A stretch of 64,000 nt of DNA from Nemertoderma westbladi. Lineage: Eukaryota > Animalia > Xenacoelomorpha. The DNA lies in NCBI GenBank assembly GCA_032718475.1, contig JAUCBJ010005472.1:1888-65887 (forward strand). The letters run 5' to 3'. Every line of letters starts with the position of its first letter. Position 1 is the stretch's first letter. A program made the translations under genes and the position numbers. The notes under the pieces were generated by a model. It worked only from the letters and a program-made list of their open reading frames with translations, searched no databases and was not told where the DNA came from. Of the stretch, positions 60,701 through 64,000 are shown one piece after another.

Positions 60701-63700
60701 TTAGTACAGCACATAAGTGTTTATCCAGCCTTGCCTCTGTCCGCGATTGTATTAAACTCGCATTAGTACAGCACATAAGTGTTTATCCAGCTTTGCCTCT
60801 GTCCGCGATTGTATTAAACTCGCATTAGTACCGCACATAAGTGTTTATCCAGCCTTGCCTCTGTCCGTGATTGTATTAAACTCGCATTAGTACAGCACAT
60901 AAGTGTTTATCCAGCCTTGCCTCTGTCCGCGATTGTATTAAACTCGCATTAGTACCGTACATAAGTGTTTATCCAGCCTTGCCTCTGTCCGTGATTGTAT
61001 TAAACTCGCATTAGTACCTCACATATGTGTTTATCCAGCCTTGCCTCTGTCCGTGATTGTATTAAACTCGCATTAGTACCGCACATAAGTGTTTATCCAG
61101 CCTTGCCTCTGTCCGCGATTGTATTAAACTCGCATTAGTACAGCACATAAGTGTTTATCCAGCTTTGCCTCTGTCCGCGATTGTATTAAACTCGCATTAG
61201 TACCGCACATAAGTGTTTATCCAGCCTTGCCTCTGTCCGTGATTGTATTAAACTCGCATTAGTACAGCACATAAGTGTTTATCCAGCCTTGCCTCTGTCC
61301 GCGATTGTATTAAACTCGCATTAGTACAGCACATAAGTGTTTATCCAGCTTTGCCTCTGTCCGCGATTGTATTAAACTCGCATTAGTACCGCACATAAGT
61401 GTTTATCCAGCCTTGCCTCTGTCCGTGATTGTATTAAACTCGCATTAGTACCGCACATAAGTGTTTATCCAGCCTTGCCTCTGTCCGCGATTGTATTAAA
61501 CTCGCATTAGTACCGTACATAAGTGTTTATCCAGCCTTGCCTCTGTCCGTGATTGTATTAAACTCGCATTAGTACCTCACATATGTGTTTATCCAGCCTT
61601 GCCTCTGTCCGTGATTGTATTAAACTCGCATTAGTACCGCACATAAGTGTTTATCCAGCCTTGCCTCTGTCCGCGATTGTATTAAACTCGCATTAGTACA
61701 GCACATAAGTGTTTATCCAGCTTTGCCTCTGTCCGCGATTGTATTAAACTCGCATTAGTACCGCACATAAGTGTTTATCCAGCCTTGCCTCTGTCCGTGA
61801 TTGTATTAAACTCGCATTAGTACAGCACATAAGTGTTTATCCAGCCTTGCCTCTGTCCGCGATTGTATTAAACTCGCATTAGTACCGTACATAAGTGTTT
61901 ATCCAGCCTTGCCTCTGTCCGTGATTGTATTAAACTCGCATTAGTACCTCACATATGTGTTTATCCAGCCTTGCCTCTGTCCGTGATTGTATTAAACTCG
62001 CATTAGTACCGCACATAAGTGTTTATCCAGCCTTGCCTCTGTCCGTGATTGTATTAAACTCGCATTAGTACCGCACATAAGTGTTTATCCAGCCTTGCCT
62101 CTGTCCGCGATTGTATTAAACTCGCATTAGTACAGCACATAAGTGTTTATCCAGCCTTGCCTCTGTCCGCGATTGTATTAAACTCGCATTAGTACCGCAC
62201 ATAAGTGTTTATCCAGCCTTGCCTCTGTCCGCGATTGTATTAAACTCGCATTAGTACAGCACATAAGTGTTTATCCAGCCTTGCCTCTGTCCGTGATTGT
62301 ATTAAACTCGCATTAGTACCGCACATAAGTGTTTATCCAGCCTTGCCTCTGTCCGTGATTGTATTAAACTCGCATTAGTACCGCACATAAGTGTTTATCC
62401 AGCCTTGCCTCTGTCCGTGATTGTATTAAACTCGCATTAGTACCGCACATAAGTGTTTATCCAGCCTTGCCTCTGTCCGTGATTGTATTAAACTCGCATT
62501 AGTACCGCACATAAGTGTTTATCCAGCCTTGCCTCTGTCCGTGATTGTATTAAACTCGCATTAGTACCGCACATAAGTGTTTATCCAGCCTTGCCTCTGT
62601 CCGTGATTGTATTAAACTCGCATTACTACCGCACATAAGTGTTTATCCAGCCTTGCCTCTGTCCGTGATTGTATTAAACTCGCATTAGTACCGCACATAA
62701 GTGTTTATCCAGCCTTGCCTCTGTCCGTGATTGTATTAAACTCGCATTAGTACCGCACATAAGTGTTTATCCAGCCTTGCCTCTGTCCGTGATTGTATTA
62801 AACTCGCATTAGTACCGCACATAAGTGTTTATCCAGCCTTGCCTCTGTCCGTGATTGTATTAAACTCGCATTACAACCGCACATAAGTGTTTATCCAGCC
62901 TTGCCTCTGTCCGTGATTGTATTAAACTCGCATTAGTACCGCACATAAGTGTTTTCCAGCCTTGCCTCTGTCCGTGATTGTATTAAACTCGCATTAGTAC
63001 CGCACATAAGTGTTTATCCAGCCTTGCCTCTGTCCGTGATTGTATTAAACTCGCATTAGTACCGCACATAAGTGTTTATCCAGCCTTGCCTCTGTCCGTG
63101 ATTGTATTAAACTCGCATTAGTACCGCACATAAGTGTTTATCCAGCCTTGCCTCTGTCCGTGATTGTATTAAACTCGCATTAGTACCGCACATAAGTGTT
63201 TATCCAGCCTTGCCTCTGTCCGTGATTGTATTAAACTCGCATTAGTACCGCACATAAGTGTTTATCCAGCCTTGCCTCTGTCCGTGATTGTATTAAACTC
63301 GCATTAGTACCGCACATAAGTGTTTATCCAGCCTTGCCTCTGTCCGTGATTGTATTAAACTCGCATTAGTACCGCACATAAGTGTTTATCCAGCCTTGCC
63401 TCTGTCCGTGATTGTATTAAACTCGCATTAGTACCGCACATAAGTGTTTATCCAGCCTTGCCTCTGTCCGTGATTGTATTAAACTCGCATTAGTACCGCA
63501 CATAAGTGTTTATCCAGCCTTGCCTCTGTCCGTGATTGTATTAAACTCGCATTAGTACCGCACATAAGTGTTTATCCAGCCTTGCCTCTGTCCGTGATTG
63601 TATTAAACTCGCATTAGTACCGCACATAAGTGTTTATCCAGCCTTGCCTCTGTCCGTGATTGTATTAAACTCGCATTAGTACCGCACATAAGTGTTTATC

Positions 63701-64000
63701 CAGCCTTGCCTCTGTCCGTGATTGTATTAAACTCGCATTAGTACCGCACATAAGTGTTTATCCAGCCTTGCCTCTGTCCGTGATTGTATTAAACTCGCAT
63801 TAGTACCGCACATAAGTGTTTATCCAGCCTTGCCTCTGTCCGTGATTGTATTAAACTCGCATTAGTACCGCACATAAGTGTTTATCCAGCCTTGCCTCTG
63901 TCCGTGATTGTATTAAACTCGCATTAGTACCGCACATAAGTGTTTATCCAGCCTTGCCTCTGTCCGTGATTGTATTAAACTCGCATTAGTACCGCACATA
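48738..64000. repeat. 62-bp satellite (CCGCACATAAGTGTTTATCCAGCCTTGCCTCTGTCCGTGATTGTATTAAACTCGCATTAGTA), ~246 units, continuing beyond the window
   Basis: Highly homogeneous 62-bp periodicity without spacers. Confidence 0.99.

Noticed and set aside
48738-64000. CRISPR array (also considered for the 52-bp and 40-bp arrays)
   Set aside because: Head-to-tail units without unique spacers, no cas genes, eukaryotic context.

Overview
AT-rich eukaryotic genomic DNA, most likely a marine invertebrate judging by the TE families and ShK/EGF domains, dominated by repeats. Two host genes converge on a ~32 kb block of transposable elements. On the + strand is a 3-exon gene (6379-11468) for a secreted Cys-rich protein with TILa-like, EGF, three ShK-like and four resistin/PCSK9-C-like modules. 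On the - strand are the last two exons of a Pro/Thr-rich mucin-like gene (48584-43800), whose upstream intron holds a >15 kb 62-bp satellite. The left end is the 5' half of an apparently intact CR1/L2-type LINE: ORF1 and ORF2 are in the same frame, separated only by TGA-CAA-CCA (a match to the CARYYA readthrough context), and the ORF2 endonuclease is flanked on both sides by a 10-aa Pro/Thr repeat. The middle contains an internally deleted BEL/Pao LTR element with near-identical 1189-bp LTRs inserted in a 40-bp satellite, an older solo LTR, five copies of a TTAA-targeting piggyBac-type MITE, a TA-targeting MITE, hAT and Chapaev-like transposase pseudogenes and several LINE fragments. All calls come from reading the sequence by eye; no database searches were run.
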